From Octopus bimaculoides (lineage: Eukaryota), in the NCBI RefSeq assembly GCF_001194135.2, contig NC_068995.1, positions 50,677,088 through 50,741,087 of the forward strand: DNA of 64,000 nucleotides, written 5' to 3'. The stretch's first letter is position 1; each line of letters begins with the position of its first letter. A program made the translations under genes and the position numbers. Shown piece by piece: positions 35,145-47,882 of this stretch. Below the pieces are notes generated by a model. That model was given only the letters and a program-made list of their open reading frames with translations, was not told the DNA's origin and made no database searches.

Positions 35145-35350
35145 TAAGCAGTTTACGATGGCAAGCTGGACAAAATGCTTAACAGCATTTCAAGAGGCTT
35201 TAGACTCTGAGTTCAAATGCCATCAAAGTTGATTTTGCCTTTCATTCTTTCGGGGTCAATGAAATAAGTAGCAGATGTGCACTGGAGTCGATATAATCAA
35301 CTAGCACCCTCCCCAGATAATTTCAGATCTTGTGCCTATAGTAGAAACGA
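35145..35350 (+). mobile_element. SINE family B
   Basis: CTCTGAGTTCAAATGCC...TTTGCCTTTCATTCTTTCGGGGTCAATGAAATAAGTA. Confidence 0.75.
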
Positions 35351-35871
35351 ATATAATTGAGCAGTTCTTTAAAAGTACATTTCACTTTTTAATTTTTTAT
35401 CTAATTTTACTTGGTTAGATTTGTTTCTTTTTTGGAAGTGGTACAGAAATTGGTCACAAACAGCAAAGGCAGTATAAAAGGTTACTAGAAATACAATTCA
35501 ACTATATATATATATATATATATATACTTTATTTAAAAGCAGCAGAAATATAACAAAAAAAACCGTTACTCTGAGTTTCACGTTCCCGTTCATCGGACGA
35601 TNNNNNNNNNNNNNNNNNNNNNNNNNNNNNNNNNNNNNNNNNNNNNNNNNNNNNNNNNNNNNNNNNNNNNNNNNNNNNNNNNNNNNNNNNNNNNNNNNNN
35701 NNNNNNNNNNNNNNNNNNNNNNNNNNNNNNNNNNNNNNNNNNNNNNNNNNNNNNNNNNNNNNNNNNNNNNNNNNNNNNNNNNTATATATATAGTTGAATT
35801 GTAATATATATATAAACACACACACACACACATATATACACACATGTGCACACATATATACACACACACAT

Positions 35872-35902
<31 letters not shown>

Positions 35903-36832
35903 CACACATATATACACGCACACACATTGCCTCTTCCCTCTTTCATTTATTTCTACTTGCTTGTTCCCTCTCTTTTTTTTATCGCTCATCCCTCCTCTCT
36001 GTCACTTCCTGTATGCTTAAAGTTTCACTTTCAGAAAATAATTAACTAATTTACTCATGTATAACATGAGATATTTAATGTGGCGGTCAAATCATAGAAT
36101 AGTATTGCAAAACAAAAGATTGTAAAACAAGGAAGGAGGGGTGCAGAGTAAGAGGATAAAATACATTACTGATTTTTACAAAAAGTAGTAGGAGGGAGCA
36201 CATTCTATTCACGATTGCATTGTGCTCAAGTAAATATAGTTTATTTCTTTTAAGCATATTAAGTTTAGTAATTTCAAGGTTTGCTCCAACATGGCCACAG
36301 CCTTAGGGCTGAAATGTATAAAAGAATCATTGAATATCTCGATTTTGCATGTCATGTCAACAAAGCTGTTACATATATACATTCAAACTTATCTGTGTGT
36401 ATATGTGTGATATTTATCTACTTTTTAGCTTTAATAAACATTTCTAGGCTAAAATAATTCTAGCAACCACATGTTACATAAACTGGTTGAATTTTCATCT
36501 CAACAAACTTCTTGACACCATATAAAATGTGAACCACATGTTTTAAAACTCAAAACTTAACTATACCATCAGTAAAAAGAGGACACTTGCAAGTCAACAA
36601 AAGAATAACAATATTTGCTAGTAAGAGTAGCCAAATCTTCCTCAAATCACACTCTACAAATCTTAAAAAGAAACACTGAATTATGTGATACTAAATGGAT
36701 TATCTTTACAAAATAGATTGGTAGAAAAACATACTGTAAAGTCTTTGAGCTTAGCTCTGCTGACTCAGGGTTGACATCAGCTTCAACAGTATATTCTTGT
36801 AGTTGTTGGTCATAAATCAGTGATGTACATAT

Positions 36833-37040
36833 AGGGTGTATGGCATCATGGTTAAGGTGTTGTGTTCATAATCCTAAGGTCATTGGTTCGAGTCTTGGAT
36901 CAGGCAGCATATTGTGCTTTTGAGCAAAGCATTTCATGCTGCTTTGGTCTGAGTACCAGCCTAATGCTGATGCAGCCCTTTCTCCCTTCAGGTGTCACAT
37001 CCACAACGTTCCAATGAGTCGAGGGATGGAAGGGCCCAGA
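36833..37040 (+). mobile_element. Degenerate tRNA-derived SINE (family E-like)
   Basis: TGGCATCATGGTTAAGG...GGTTCGAGTC...TGTGCTTTTGAGCAAAGCATTTCATGCTGC. Confidence 0.55.
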
Positions 37041-37649
37041 GAGTGTCTAAGTCCACTTATGATTACATTAGACATCTAAAACAATTTGTGAACATATGGG
37101 TCATACTACGAGGTCACACTCACCAGCAAGTGAAGGCCATGTTTTAAGGAGATTTCTTTCTTTCTTTTTTTTTTGTTTTTGTTTATGAAAGTGAAATTAA
37201 GTTCCCCCAATACATTTTGTAGTAGACGAGGTCTCTGGAGCGACAGACCATTCCTACATCACACACACTGCTGTTTATTAATAAGGTTCCTACATGACTC
37301 ATCCTAAACACAACACTCACACACACACTTCATTCACGATCAAGTGCCAGCTTCAGGAAAGAACAAATAAAACAGAAAAACTGAAATCATGGCCGTTAGC
37401 AAAAATAGCGGAGAGGATTGGTTTGTTTGTGTTCTGGTTTTATTCTCCACCACCCTACCAACTCCTCCTCCAGTTTCTCAATCGTTTATTGCCACTTCAT
37501 CTACAACAGACATAATTTCAGCAAAGCAATCAGTGAATGAACTCTAATATCGTGACTACTACAACACCCAACACTTTAATAATAACCAAGCTAGTATTTA
37601 TAGAAGGTTAAGTTTGATGTTAACATGATTCGTGTAAAAAAGGGAAGTA

Positions 37650-37715
37650 CAGTAATCCCTCGGCTATCGCGGGTGTTACATTCCAAGAGCCCTGCGATAG
37701 GAGAAAGCAGGTTTA
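37650..37715. mobile_element. Tigger/pogo-like MITE end, truncated by a SINE A fragment
   Basis: TA|CAGTAATCCCTCGGCTATCGCGGGTGTTAC: TA target plus CAGT-starting TIR. Confidence 0.55.
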
Positions 37716-38272
37716 ATGCAGGTATCCATAGATTCTCTCAGTCAATTCCACCTCACAAGACATTGATCAGCATCAACAGAAAACACTTGTTCAAGATGCT
37801 GCACAGTGGGTGGGACTGAACCAAAAACCTGCGCCTATCCAAAAATAAATACGCAGTGAGGAAAACAAACTGCTTGTCAATGACTGATCGTTTTCATTTT
37901 CCAGGAAGATTAATTGATCATATAGATTGCAGTGCTTATCTCCTTGAATAGTAAATATAGATTTTTCTGTTAATTTTTAGAATATCAATTATATCTAAAC
38001 GAAGACATAATATGATGCTTTAAATAGGGTATAAGAAGAAGAATAACATACATAAACAACTATTGAAACTATTGAGCTTGTATGCAATCAAACCTACATG
38101 CTGAAAATAGCAACCAAATCTCTCTGTCTCACACATTACTGTCTTTAAAAAAAAAACTTGTAGCACATTGTAATCCAAGATATACAAAAATAGGTAATAT
38201 CTTGATATCTTCTGAGTGGATTTGATTAATAGAAACTGTGTGGAATCCCAACTGATGGATGGACAGATCTGA

Positions 38273-38495
38273 CCCTTTAGCATTCAGGTTACTCAGTTAA
38301 ATGTATTTATTGTTTATTCATTCACATTGTTTTAGTTAATCATGCATTATCTTGCAGCTTTGAGATTTCAATGATGTGGTTGTTTATTTTTAGAATGATA
38401 TTGTAAGGTAGGTGTGAGAGGCTGGATATGGCCAGTTTGAAAATAAGATGGGTAGAATATTTGGGTTGGATATGGCCAGTTTAAATGCTAAAGGG
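38273..38495 (-). mobile_element. Full-length piggyBac-like MITE family P1 (223 bp)
   Basis: Perfect 12-bp TIR CCCTTTAGCATT / AATGCTAAAGGG; right flank TTAA, left flank CTGA. Other partial copies at about 17995-18060 and 43665-43717. Confidence 0.85.
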
Positions 38496-39191
38496 TTAAA
38501 TGTAAATGCAAGTATATATCTGGGTTTATAAGTTGGGTTGCACTGCCATTAGCAGACTGGGCAAGATGCTGCAAGGTTGACTTCGCCTTTCATCCTTTCA
38601 TTTGAACACTGGAGTCAATATAACAGACTTGCCCCCTCCCTTAAAACTGCTGGCCTTGTCCCAATATTTGAAACCATTATTATTGTTGTTGAAGCTGCTG
38701 TTGTCCAGAATTATACTTTTCCAAGGCACACAGACTTCAAAACTACAGTATTTTTTTTCCAAATGGAAAATAAGTTTCAGTTTATTGCTGAAGTGGTTTA
38801 ATTATAGAATACAGAAAATAACATTACTAGAATTACAAATTGACAAAAGAATTATGTCTATATGTATTTGTGAGTGTATGTGTATATATGACTATGCTAC
38901 TGTTGTGTTATTGTTAGTCAAAATTTCAAGGAAGTGAATATTCTTTGCACAATGAATTTAGTATCCTAATGAGACGGGACAGATAGATAGATGGATAGAG
39001 AGAGAGAGATTTTTAAATTATGAGACTGCTACAATATTCCTTAAGTCTCAAATATATGAAAAAAAATAGTCACAAGTAACTATTTCCTGTTTTCATAAGA
39101 AAAATTATTAATAGATACAAAAATGGAGGTATGGGAAAATGCATTAAAACGATTTCAGGGCTTTATTTTGTTCCCTAAATTCTAAGATTTA

Positions 39192-39229
<38 letters not shown>

Positions 39230-39333
39230 ATGTGTGCAAGTAATTTTCTTTGTGTTTCATTAGTAATTGTGAATGAATTTGTATAGAAACCTAAATTTAT
39301 CTACAACAATTATAACTATTATTATAGTAATAA

Positions 39334-39414
39334 TTTTAAAATCATCTCTGGCTAATTGTTGAGAGGACGTTAGTGTTGCCTTGACGGAGGTTTGCGCTCT
39401 CTGAGTGCTTTTAT
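39334..39414 (-). mobile_element. 5' fragment of the Helentron/HINE-like element
   Basis: Reverse complement aligns with 39577-39655. Confidence 0.7.
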
Positions 39415-39573
39415 TGTTGTTGTTATTATTATCAGAATTATCATTATTAAATAATTTTCAAATCAAACTTCAAACAGAATTTTTGACAGACTAAAAGTAT
39501 ATGTAAAGAATAAAAATAAAAGAAGAAATGAAAAAATTTCATTTCAACATCGAAATCACTGAGTAACATATTT

Positions 39574-39935
39574 AACAAGAGCACTCGGAGAGTGCAAACC
39601 TCTGCCAAAGCAAAACAATGTCCTCTCAATGATTAGCTAGAGATGATTTTTAAAATGAGAATATCTGAAATAAACTTGACTGTTCTCACAAATGAGAATA
39701 CTAAAAATGATCCTGACCGCTCTCAAAAATTAAGTAAAACAAAACGGAAAAATAATCTAGAAGCCTTGTCTGGTACCCGATCAATCCCAAAATCTAATCA
39801 GTTCATGCCAGTCATGAGGCCAAACATCCCTGAAAGTTTCATCTGAATCCATCCAGCGGTTCTTGAGATATCTTGTCCACAGACAAACAAACATAACTGA
39901 AAACGATACCTCCGCTTCCACGAAGGCGGAGATAA
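39574..39935 (+). mobile_element. Non-autonomous Helentron/HINE (DINE-1-like) element
   Basis: Starts AACAAGAGCACTC; subterminal CAGACAAACAAAC microsatellite; 3' stem-loop CTCCGCTTC-CAC-GAAGGCGGAG; T/A-rich flanks. Confidence 0.6.
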
Positions 39936-40442
39936 TAAATAGATAAAAACAAATAAACAAACAGGTGAATTAAGTAGAAAAATGTTATCTAATAAACTTG
40001 TAGGTTTACTGGAAGAATGTCAATCAGTATTGAAGCAGTGGAAAAATAACCTTGTCATTCCAAATAAGGATTTATTCTGGAGAAACAAAGAAAAGAATTT
40101 TACAATTTCTCCTCTGTGTGTGTATGTGTGTGAATGAATGTAATAATAGCTGGGAGGAAAAATAAAATCAAAGAAAATCTGGAATATGCTTTTTGCTTTC
40201 ATTTCTCTTTTCACATGTAAACCACAATGATGTTAGTGCAATATAGTGTATATCGAGAAATAATACATTTCTAAATCTCTCAGAGAGATTTATGCAGTAG
40301 TGATACGATGAAGCAATTGTATGCTGTCAACTTAATGTGACAGTCCCCTGAAGGGAATAATACTACTGTTGGTTAGACCTAAGAAGCTGCACCACTTCCT
40401 GTCGGCCTTGACACATTTCTTGTGTCCTTATATTTATAGGGG

Positions 40443-40615
40443 GGAGATATCATGTATATCATCATCATGGTTCTAGCATCTACTTTTTCATGCTTGCACG
40501 GGTCAGACCAAAAGCTTGTTGAGGTAGATTTTCTATAGCTGGATACTCACCAGCATATACAGATATATATTATCATCATCATCATTTAACATCCATTATA
40601 TCGTATTCCCGAGCG

Positions 40616-40654
<39 letters not shown>

Positions 40655-41197
40655 GTATTGGTATCCAGAAGAGCCAAGATGGCAGGTAAGGCTATGTAAG
40701 TGCTACAGGAGGACTGTAGATAGACTCTCGGTTCTGCCACATCTTTTTATGGCAATGCCTGCATCAAAACCTATGTCATGGTCTTTCAGCTCTTGCTTTC
40801 GATGATATTGAGAAGTGAGCCCTACATGCAAGCCCTACATGTTTTCAGCAGGATGTCCTTAATGTTGCCACCCCTCACTTGTTTCCATCCAAGGTAACAT
40901 TTCTCCATGGCCAGACATGTTCTCTCAGTCTACTGGAAATGACAGACACTGCTTGTACAACAGTGGCACTTATTTACAACTATCATGCCATGCCAAAACA
41001 AGGAGACACAAACATAAACACACACACACACACACAACAGGCTTCGCTCAGTTTCTGTCACCCAAATCCTTTCACAAGGCTTTGCTCAGCCCAGCACTAT
41101 ACAAGAAGACACTTAGCCAGGGTGCCACACTGGGATTGAACCTGAAACCATGCAGTAGGGAAGCAAACTTCTTAACCACACAACACCACACCTGCAC
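40443..41197 (-). mobile_element. SINE family A with tail type 2, split by a LINE fragment
   Basis: Head 41030-41197; tail 40850-41010, resuming at 40443-40550. Confidence 0.7.
40570..40845 (-). mobile_element. 5'-truncated RTE-like LINE 3' end
   Basis: Minus-strand relic RF*CRHCHK...NRESIYS resembles the RTE C-terminal CxxCxRxCxSRxGLYSH; (GAT)n tail; approximate duplication AGC(T/A)GGAT around the insert. Confidence 0.4.
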
Positions 41198-41796
41198 CTC
41201 TGTGTGTGCATGTAAATCCAAAGTATGGCTTTATAATTATAAAATATAAAATTTATAAAGACTATGAACAATAAGTGAGAAAGAATTCACGATAAAAGTA
41301 AAATAAATGTTAATGATTCTATTTGACAGACTTCATTATTTCACTGGTAGGCACATCACCATTACTAGCAAAACTAATATACAAAAAAACAATGCATAAT
41401 GTGTGTGTGTGTGCACAGGACAGATATGCAGCCACATTCCCTTATTATTAAAACAGTAAAACAAGTTTATTTCCTTGGTTTTTGTTTCATAAAGAAGACT
41501 TCTCCAACTGACCTAAATCCATTCATTATTACTTAAGAAAACAACAAAAATACTCAAATATATTATGGACTGGATTTAATCACTAGGCAGAATAAATGCA
41601 CATTTTTGGACAACTGATTGGAAGAGGGGACAACAAAGTTTTTTCCCCCCACCATGCTAGATTTTGTATAGTGCAGCTGAACTTGGATCCCACAAAAGGG
41701 GTGCCCACAATAAATGAATTTTCATACACACATATACATACACATGTATGTATGTATGTATGTATGTTTGTATGCATATATATATATATATATATA

Positions 41797-41958
41797 TGAC
41801 AGGCTTCTTTCAGTTTCTGTCGACTAAATCCACTAACAAGGCTCTGTTGAGCCGGGACTATTGCAGAAGAAACTTGCCCAAGGTGTCATACAGTGGGACT
41901 GAATCCTGAACAATGTGGTTGGGAAGCAAGCTTCTTACCACACAGCCATGCTTGTGCC
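41797..41958 (-). mobile_element. SINE family A head
   Basis: Reverse complement of the head, ending CACAGCCATGCTTGTGCC. Confidence 0.8.
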
Positions 41959-41959
41959 T

Positions 41960-42030
<71 letters not shown>

Positions 42031-42211
42031 CATAAGAAACAAAACAGGACCATCAGTTCATAAATTATTTAATAAGTTTTTACAACACAATTGTAATCTG
42101 GCAACTGCTACAAAGAGTAATCTCAGTGACTCATTCTGCCATGAAGCAATCACGACCTGCAAAGGCATGTGGTGGTTTGTGTTTTGATGTAGCCATGGAG
42201 ATTAATAAACT

Positions 42212-42692
42212 AGGTGCAGGCATGGTTGTGGAGTTAAGAAGTCTTCTTTCCAACTATATGGTTTTGGATTCAGTCCCACTGCATGTCATCTTGGGCAAGC
42301 ATCTCCTATTGTAGTCCCAGGCCAACCAAAGCCTTGTGAGGGCATTTGGCAGGCAAAAGCATGTTTTTGCTAGAATACTGGAAATGAATGACATTCATTT
42401 ACAACAATCATGTAATGTCAAGAGAAGGAGACACAAACAACCACACCCAAACATGTCTATATGTGTGTGTGTGGGTACATTTATGTTTACATTGCATGGT
42501 TATTGTAAATGAATGCGATTTGTTACCAATGTTCTGTGGGGGATAAAAAATGTCTGGCCTTGAGGAAATATCACCTTGGTGGGCGACAAGTAAAAGTTGG
42601 GTGATAGGAAGAGCATCTGGCCCAAAAATCTGCCTCAGTAAACTATATCTGACCCGTGCATACATGGGAATGTTGACATTAAAACAGTGATG
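42212..42692 (+). mobile_element. SINE family A with tail type 2
   Basis: Head 42212-42350; tail 42480-42692 (GGAAGAGCATCTGGCC...ATCTGCCTCA...GACATTAAAAC). Confidence 0.7.
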
Positions 42693-43520
42693 GGAGCTAC
42701 AACCTGCAGTTTACATTGCTGAAGCAACAAATTAGTCACAGGTAACATTGATTGTCATAAAACACCCTAAAAATTCCAAACTCACACACATACATTATCG
42801 CCATTCTTATATGTATGTCATTTTGTCCGTTTACAGTATTTTGTTAAGCATTTTGAACCAAGAAATTAGTCTAATTTTTATGTGTTTGATGACCTGAAAG
42901 TAACAAGGAAGTTCCTGAATTTCTCATTAAATAAATTTATTTATTTCATGAGAAACAAAATGAAGGGATAGATATCTAATTACATAGACAGGTTGTACTG
43001 TGAGTTAGCCTCACCCAGACTGGAACAACCTTTATCAAGATGTAGGCCACATGAGACATGGTTCCATCATCAGGTAGGTGGGTCATGCTACTAAAAAAAC
43101 TGAAGGTAGGTGTGCCATTCAGAAAGCTCCATGAGCTGCAGGTTGTCCAATGACTGGTCTAAAACAAATGCATTATGAGTAAATAATATATTTATAAAGC
43201 TGACTGTTAAGTGTCAAATAAAGGAAATTAAGAAAAGAGGTCGTATTTACTAGAGTTGTTAGGATTTAGCCCTGAAGAGCAAAAAAATGAATTTATTATC
43301 TATTATTTTATATTCAACACTCATGTCTTGTCAGTTAGACAATGGGAAGGGTCAATAGGGGTATTATTGTTGGGCTACACTGAGGGCATCAGTGGACCTG
43401 AATATAACAAAACAAAGAAATAGAAAAGAAAAGAGAGGGAAAAATAGTTGACAGACAGACAGGTAGAGAGGTGTGTATATGGTATGTGGAGGGGGGGTGA
43501 CAACATTTGGCACACCAATT

Positions 43521-43658
43521 AGATGCAGGCATGGCTATGTGGATAAGAAGCTTGCTTCTCAACCACATGGCTTTAGATTCAGTCCCATTGCATGGCATCT
43601 TGGGCAAGTGTCTTCTATTACAGCCTTGGGCCAACCAAAGCCTTGTGAGTGGATTTGA
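43521..43658 (+). mobile_element. SINE family A head
   Basis: GCAGGCATGGCTATGTGGATAAGAAGCTTGCTTC...GTGAGTGGATTTG. Confidence 0.8.
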
Positions 43659-44369
43659 CCATAAAACAGGTAGGATATTTGGACTGGATATGGCCATTTT
43701 ATATACTGAAGGGTTAATAATATGCATTCTTAAAAAAATATGACTGGCATTTTATTCAGTGTCAGATTTGTGGTTGAATCAAACTCAGTTTTATTTATGA
43801 CAAATGAAGATAATCTCACCATAGAATGCCAAAATTATTGTGAGATTTTGATAGTAGATAAGTAATCAGGCTTAAAGCTAGAGATAACAAGATTAAGAGT
43901 GAGAAAAGGCAATAAAATAGCACAAGTGTAACATTCAATATTTATTGTCTTGAAATTAGCACAAAGAATGAAATATGAGAACTAAGACAAGACAGATTTA
44001 ATACCTGGTATTTGAATTTGTGGGTGACCCCCCCACCCCACCAAATGTCTCATTTTTATACATAGCCCCAAAACCCAGTAGCTATGTGGACTCCAGCTGA
44101 GAATAACTGATGTAAACTTGATGTAAACAATAATTATGTTTACAAGATAGTTTGGTAGAATATCCTGATAAATGCTATAGAAAAAGTCAAGAATGTCACA
44201 ACTTACTATTTTACTAAGATTAGCTTTTGCTTACCTAAATATAAGAGGAAATTTCTCCAGTTAACTCTCTTAACAATCATGAAACATTCATAGTAAACTA
44301 TGTGGTATTTTCTCTCAGCTATATTGTTAAATATTTAAATCAATATCAGACAGTCCCTCAGTTTGTTTA

Positions 44370-44522
44370 CATACTGATCACTTCTAAACCTTACCAACTG
44401 AGCAAAATATGTTTTGCTGTGGAGGATTATAACAAGACTAAAACAAGTCCACAGATTCATTTCCACTGTCTTTATTTTCAGAAAATTGCAGTTAGTTGAT
44501 CTTGTCAGAATTATCTCCCTTG
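44370..44522 (-). mobile_element. Unclassified interspersed repeat (family G)
   Basis: Reverse complement AAGGGAGATAATTCTGACAAGATCAACTAACTG aligns with 56743-56870 (AAGGGAAATAACTCTAATAAAATCAACTAATTG). Confidence 0.55.
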
Positions 44523-44685
44523 CTTTTCATATATTTAAACAAACTTTAGGGTTTTTTTTTTTTTTTGTCAACTTACGTATTTACTATGTGTAGTGTTCTG
44601 AGGTGCTTTTCCTCAGTCATATAGAAAACCAAGATCTGGGAAATAAATCTTTTTTTTTTTTTTTTAAACTGAAGACAGATTCAAC

Positions 44686-45338
44686 NNNNNNNNNNNNNNN
44701 NNNNNNNNNNNNNNNNNNNNNNNNNNNNNNNNNNNNNNNNNNNNNNNNNNNNNNNNNNNNNNNNNNNNNNNNNNNNNNNNNNNNNNNNNNNNNNNNNNNN
44801 NNNNNNNNNNNNNNNNNNNNNNNNNNNNNNNNNNNNNNNNNNNNNNNNNNNNNNNNNNNNNNNNNNNNNNNNNNNNNNNNNNNNNNNNNNNNNNNNNNNN
44901 NNNNNNNNNNNNNNNNNNNNNNNNNNNNNNNNNNNNNNNNNNNNNNNNNNNNNNNNNNNNNNNNNNNNNNNNNNNNNNNNNNNNNNNNNNNNNNNNNNNN
45001 NNNNNNNNNNNNNNNNNNNNNNNNNNNNNNNNNNNNNNNNNNNNNNNNNNNNNNNNNNNNNNNNNNNNNNNNNNNNNNNNNNNNNNNNNNNNNNNNNNNN
45101 NNNNNNNNNNNNNNNNNNNNNNNNNNNNNNNNNNNNNNNNNNNNNNNNNNNNNNNNNNNNNNNNNNNNNNNNNNNNNNNNNNNNNNNNNNNNNNNNNNNN
45201 NNNNNNNNNNNNNNNNNNNNNNNNNNNNNNNNNNNNNNNNNNNNNNNNNNNNNNNNNNNNNNNNNNNNNNNNNNNNNNNNNNNNNNNNNNNNNNNNNNNN
45301 NNNNNNNNNNNNNNNNNNNNNNNNNNNNNNNNNNNNNN
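44686..45338. other. Assembly gap (largest of ten)
   Basis: N-runs at 2527-2595, 7129-7607, 8695-9018, 10236-10363, 21492-21769, 22638-23010, 35602-35782, 44686-45338, 54303-54745 and 59225-59233. Confidence 0.99.
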
Positions 45339-45594
45339 TATATATACAGTATATCAAAACTGGATTAAAATTACAATAAAAATTTTTTCTTGTGTTTCCA
45401 TACTTCATTTTCAAGTAAACTAATCTCTCATGTCTGGGTTAGTTTTCTGATGCTTTTGCTCTGAAAAAATTGTTTTTCCTTTTTTATCTTTGTAATAAAA
45501 AGTTGTTCTTTTTTATTACTTTCTATCTAAGCTCACATATCAACTTTTCAGAATACCTCTGGAATTATACACCCTAAATTCAACACTAATTTAA

Positions 45595-45810
45595 TGTGCT
45601 TGGCAAATTTGGCAGAATCGTTAACACATTGGAAAAAATGCTTAGAATTTCTTCCAGCTTATGTTCTGAGTTCAAACTCCATGAAGGTCAACTTTCTTTC
45701 CCATCCCACTGGTGTTGATAAAAAATAAAGGGCTGATCTATTATAGGGTCGATGTAATTGACAAAACCCTTCCCACTAAAATTACTAGCCTTGTGCCAAA
45801 ATTTGAAACA
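45595..45810 (+). mobile_element. SINE family B
   Basis: TTGGCAGAATCGTTAACAC...GTTCTGAGTTCAAAC...GCCTTGTGCCAAAATTTGAAAC. Confidence 0.7.
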
Positions 45811-46844
45811 ATATTAGCTAACTGGGGTAATCAAGTTTTGTAAACCCCAAGCAAAACAAAGCTTCAAGACCGTATATTCAGTTAGAAGTTGATAGTTCAG
45901 TGTAAAAGTACACGCAGCTGTTAAACTTTCAAGTTTTTTGCCAACTGGTTGAGAATACAACAATCTGGTAGTTGATAAGCAGAGTATTGATCAAAGCGCT
46001 CCAGCTATGATGATCCCATCTTCTAGTATATCAAGGATTACGTTGTCCAGTATATCCTTTATTTTAAAGGGCAGACTGTCAGAGAGATCTGACTGACCAC
46101 TGTTTGAAGCAGGTCGAGTGACCGCGTAGAGTTATAAGGGTGGGCAATTCTGACCACACAAATATGAAACCGCTCACTGACGAAGTTTCCCAAAATAAAA
46201 TAAGAGATAAAGAAAACGGAATCCTCAAAACTAAAATAGTAATTTAATATAGTTATATAACAAGGAATTTGTAATTAGCTTTCTCATTACAGATACACTT
46301 ATTATTCGCCGCTGTAACTATACAGGTTCCCCATCCCCGTTGAAAAGGTTCCCTGATTAGCTCGATCGTTTTGTGGTTAATGTCAGAGTAACCAACGATC
46401 TGTGTAGTTCGTGTTTTAATTCAAACATGTCTATAAGTAGTGTATAGTAAGAATTTGATTCTTTATCGAAATCTATTCCTTATAATGTGTTACTATGGCA
46501 CCCCGACCACCACCACTACCACATCCATTCCTATCCTACTGTAGGAGATAAGAGATATGCGAAATCTGCCGCAGAGTTTAGCTTCCTCATTTAAGCGGCT
46601 TCTTCTAAGATACCTTTCAACACTACTCGTACATTGCAACTCAGAAGTACAGCCGATACCTGAAACCACATGAGAATGGTTTCGAGTTTCATGATTTCCT
46701 CACATACATCTAGCAATTTTGAAAGGAGAAACAAATTTTTAAAAAAGAATAAAGAAAATATATACAAAATATAAAAAATAGTTAAATTCTTTTTTTTGTT
46801 TTTGTTCGATATACGAGTAGAGTTTTGCTGGGAGAAATGCTTCA

Positions 46845-47010
46845 CCGTATTTCTTCCATCACTTTACGTTCTGAGTTCAAATCCCACCGAGGCCGACTCT
46901 GCCTGTCATCCTTTTGAGGTCGATAAAATAAGTACCAGTTGAGTACTATAGTAGACCTAACCGACTTACCCCTCCCCAAAATTACTGGGCTTGTGCCAAA
47001 ATTTGAAATA
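46845..47010 (+). mobile_element. SINE family B (CpG-retaining copy)
   Basis: ACGTTCTGAGTTCAAATCCCACCGAGGCCGACTC...GGTCGATAAAATAAGTACCAGTTG. Further copies at about 53405-53600 and 61305-61410. Confidence 0.8.
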
Positions 47011-47845
47011 ATTATTATTTAAACAGAATTCGTGCTCTAAATTGTGATGCTATCTCTGCCATTATCTATCTATAAGTCCAATTTAAAGAGATGACAAGAA
47101 TGTAAAATAATGATTATCATTGAAATAATTGCAAGTTCTCAAACTGTTTCCGCGAACCAGGACACTTTCTGCGATTAAGCACCAAAACAAAAGACATGAC
47201 ATAATTAAATCTAACGGCTTTCGTAATTAAATGTCACCGACTTTTTTTCTTCTCTCCTTTTTTATGGCAATGTTTGTATTCGTATGTGAATTAATGCTAT
47301 GAACTATTTAAAAATCAAAGCATTTACAAGGAATAAAGAAAGAAAAAGTATGTGAAACCAACGAGAGCTTGTTAGTCACGAGTCGAAAAAATAATTAACT
47401 TAATATAGCTAGCTATTTTTGAATCGAGAGAGTCGTTTTTAGCATCTTAGAAGAAAGACAATAAAACGAAATTTAGGTCTGACACAATGTGTAAAAACGA
47501 CAAGAATTGTGCTAGGAAAGGGGGAGTGTTTAAAGAGATCCAAGAAGTTGGCATGTTAATTGAGAGAGAGAGAGAAGGTGCGTGTAGGAAGTGATGTCAT
47601 GTCTATATATTAACCAAGCCGGTCTTACACGGCTGCCGTTCCAATGTTACAGTAATCTGTCGCAGCAACTAGTATTTCCTCAAAGAAAAAAAGAAAACGA
47701 AAATAAAATATTAACAGAAGGATCACAAGTGTTCGTTAATTTTTTCATCCCCACCCCCGCTTTTTTTTGCTTAATTTAATAGATTTAATTATCGTAATTA
47801 TATTTTCCCCTCCAAAAGTAAACTACATCTTTTAATCATCACCAA

Positions 47846-47882
<37 letters not shown>

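Noticed and set aside
40674-40691. YY1/ATG first exon CCAAGATGGCAG|GTAAGG
   Set aside because: Lies on the antisense strand of an apparent LINE relic in a CpG-depleted domain, with no other promoter motifs.
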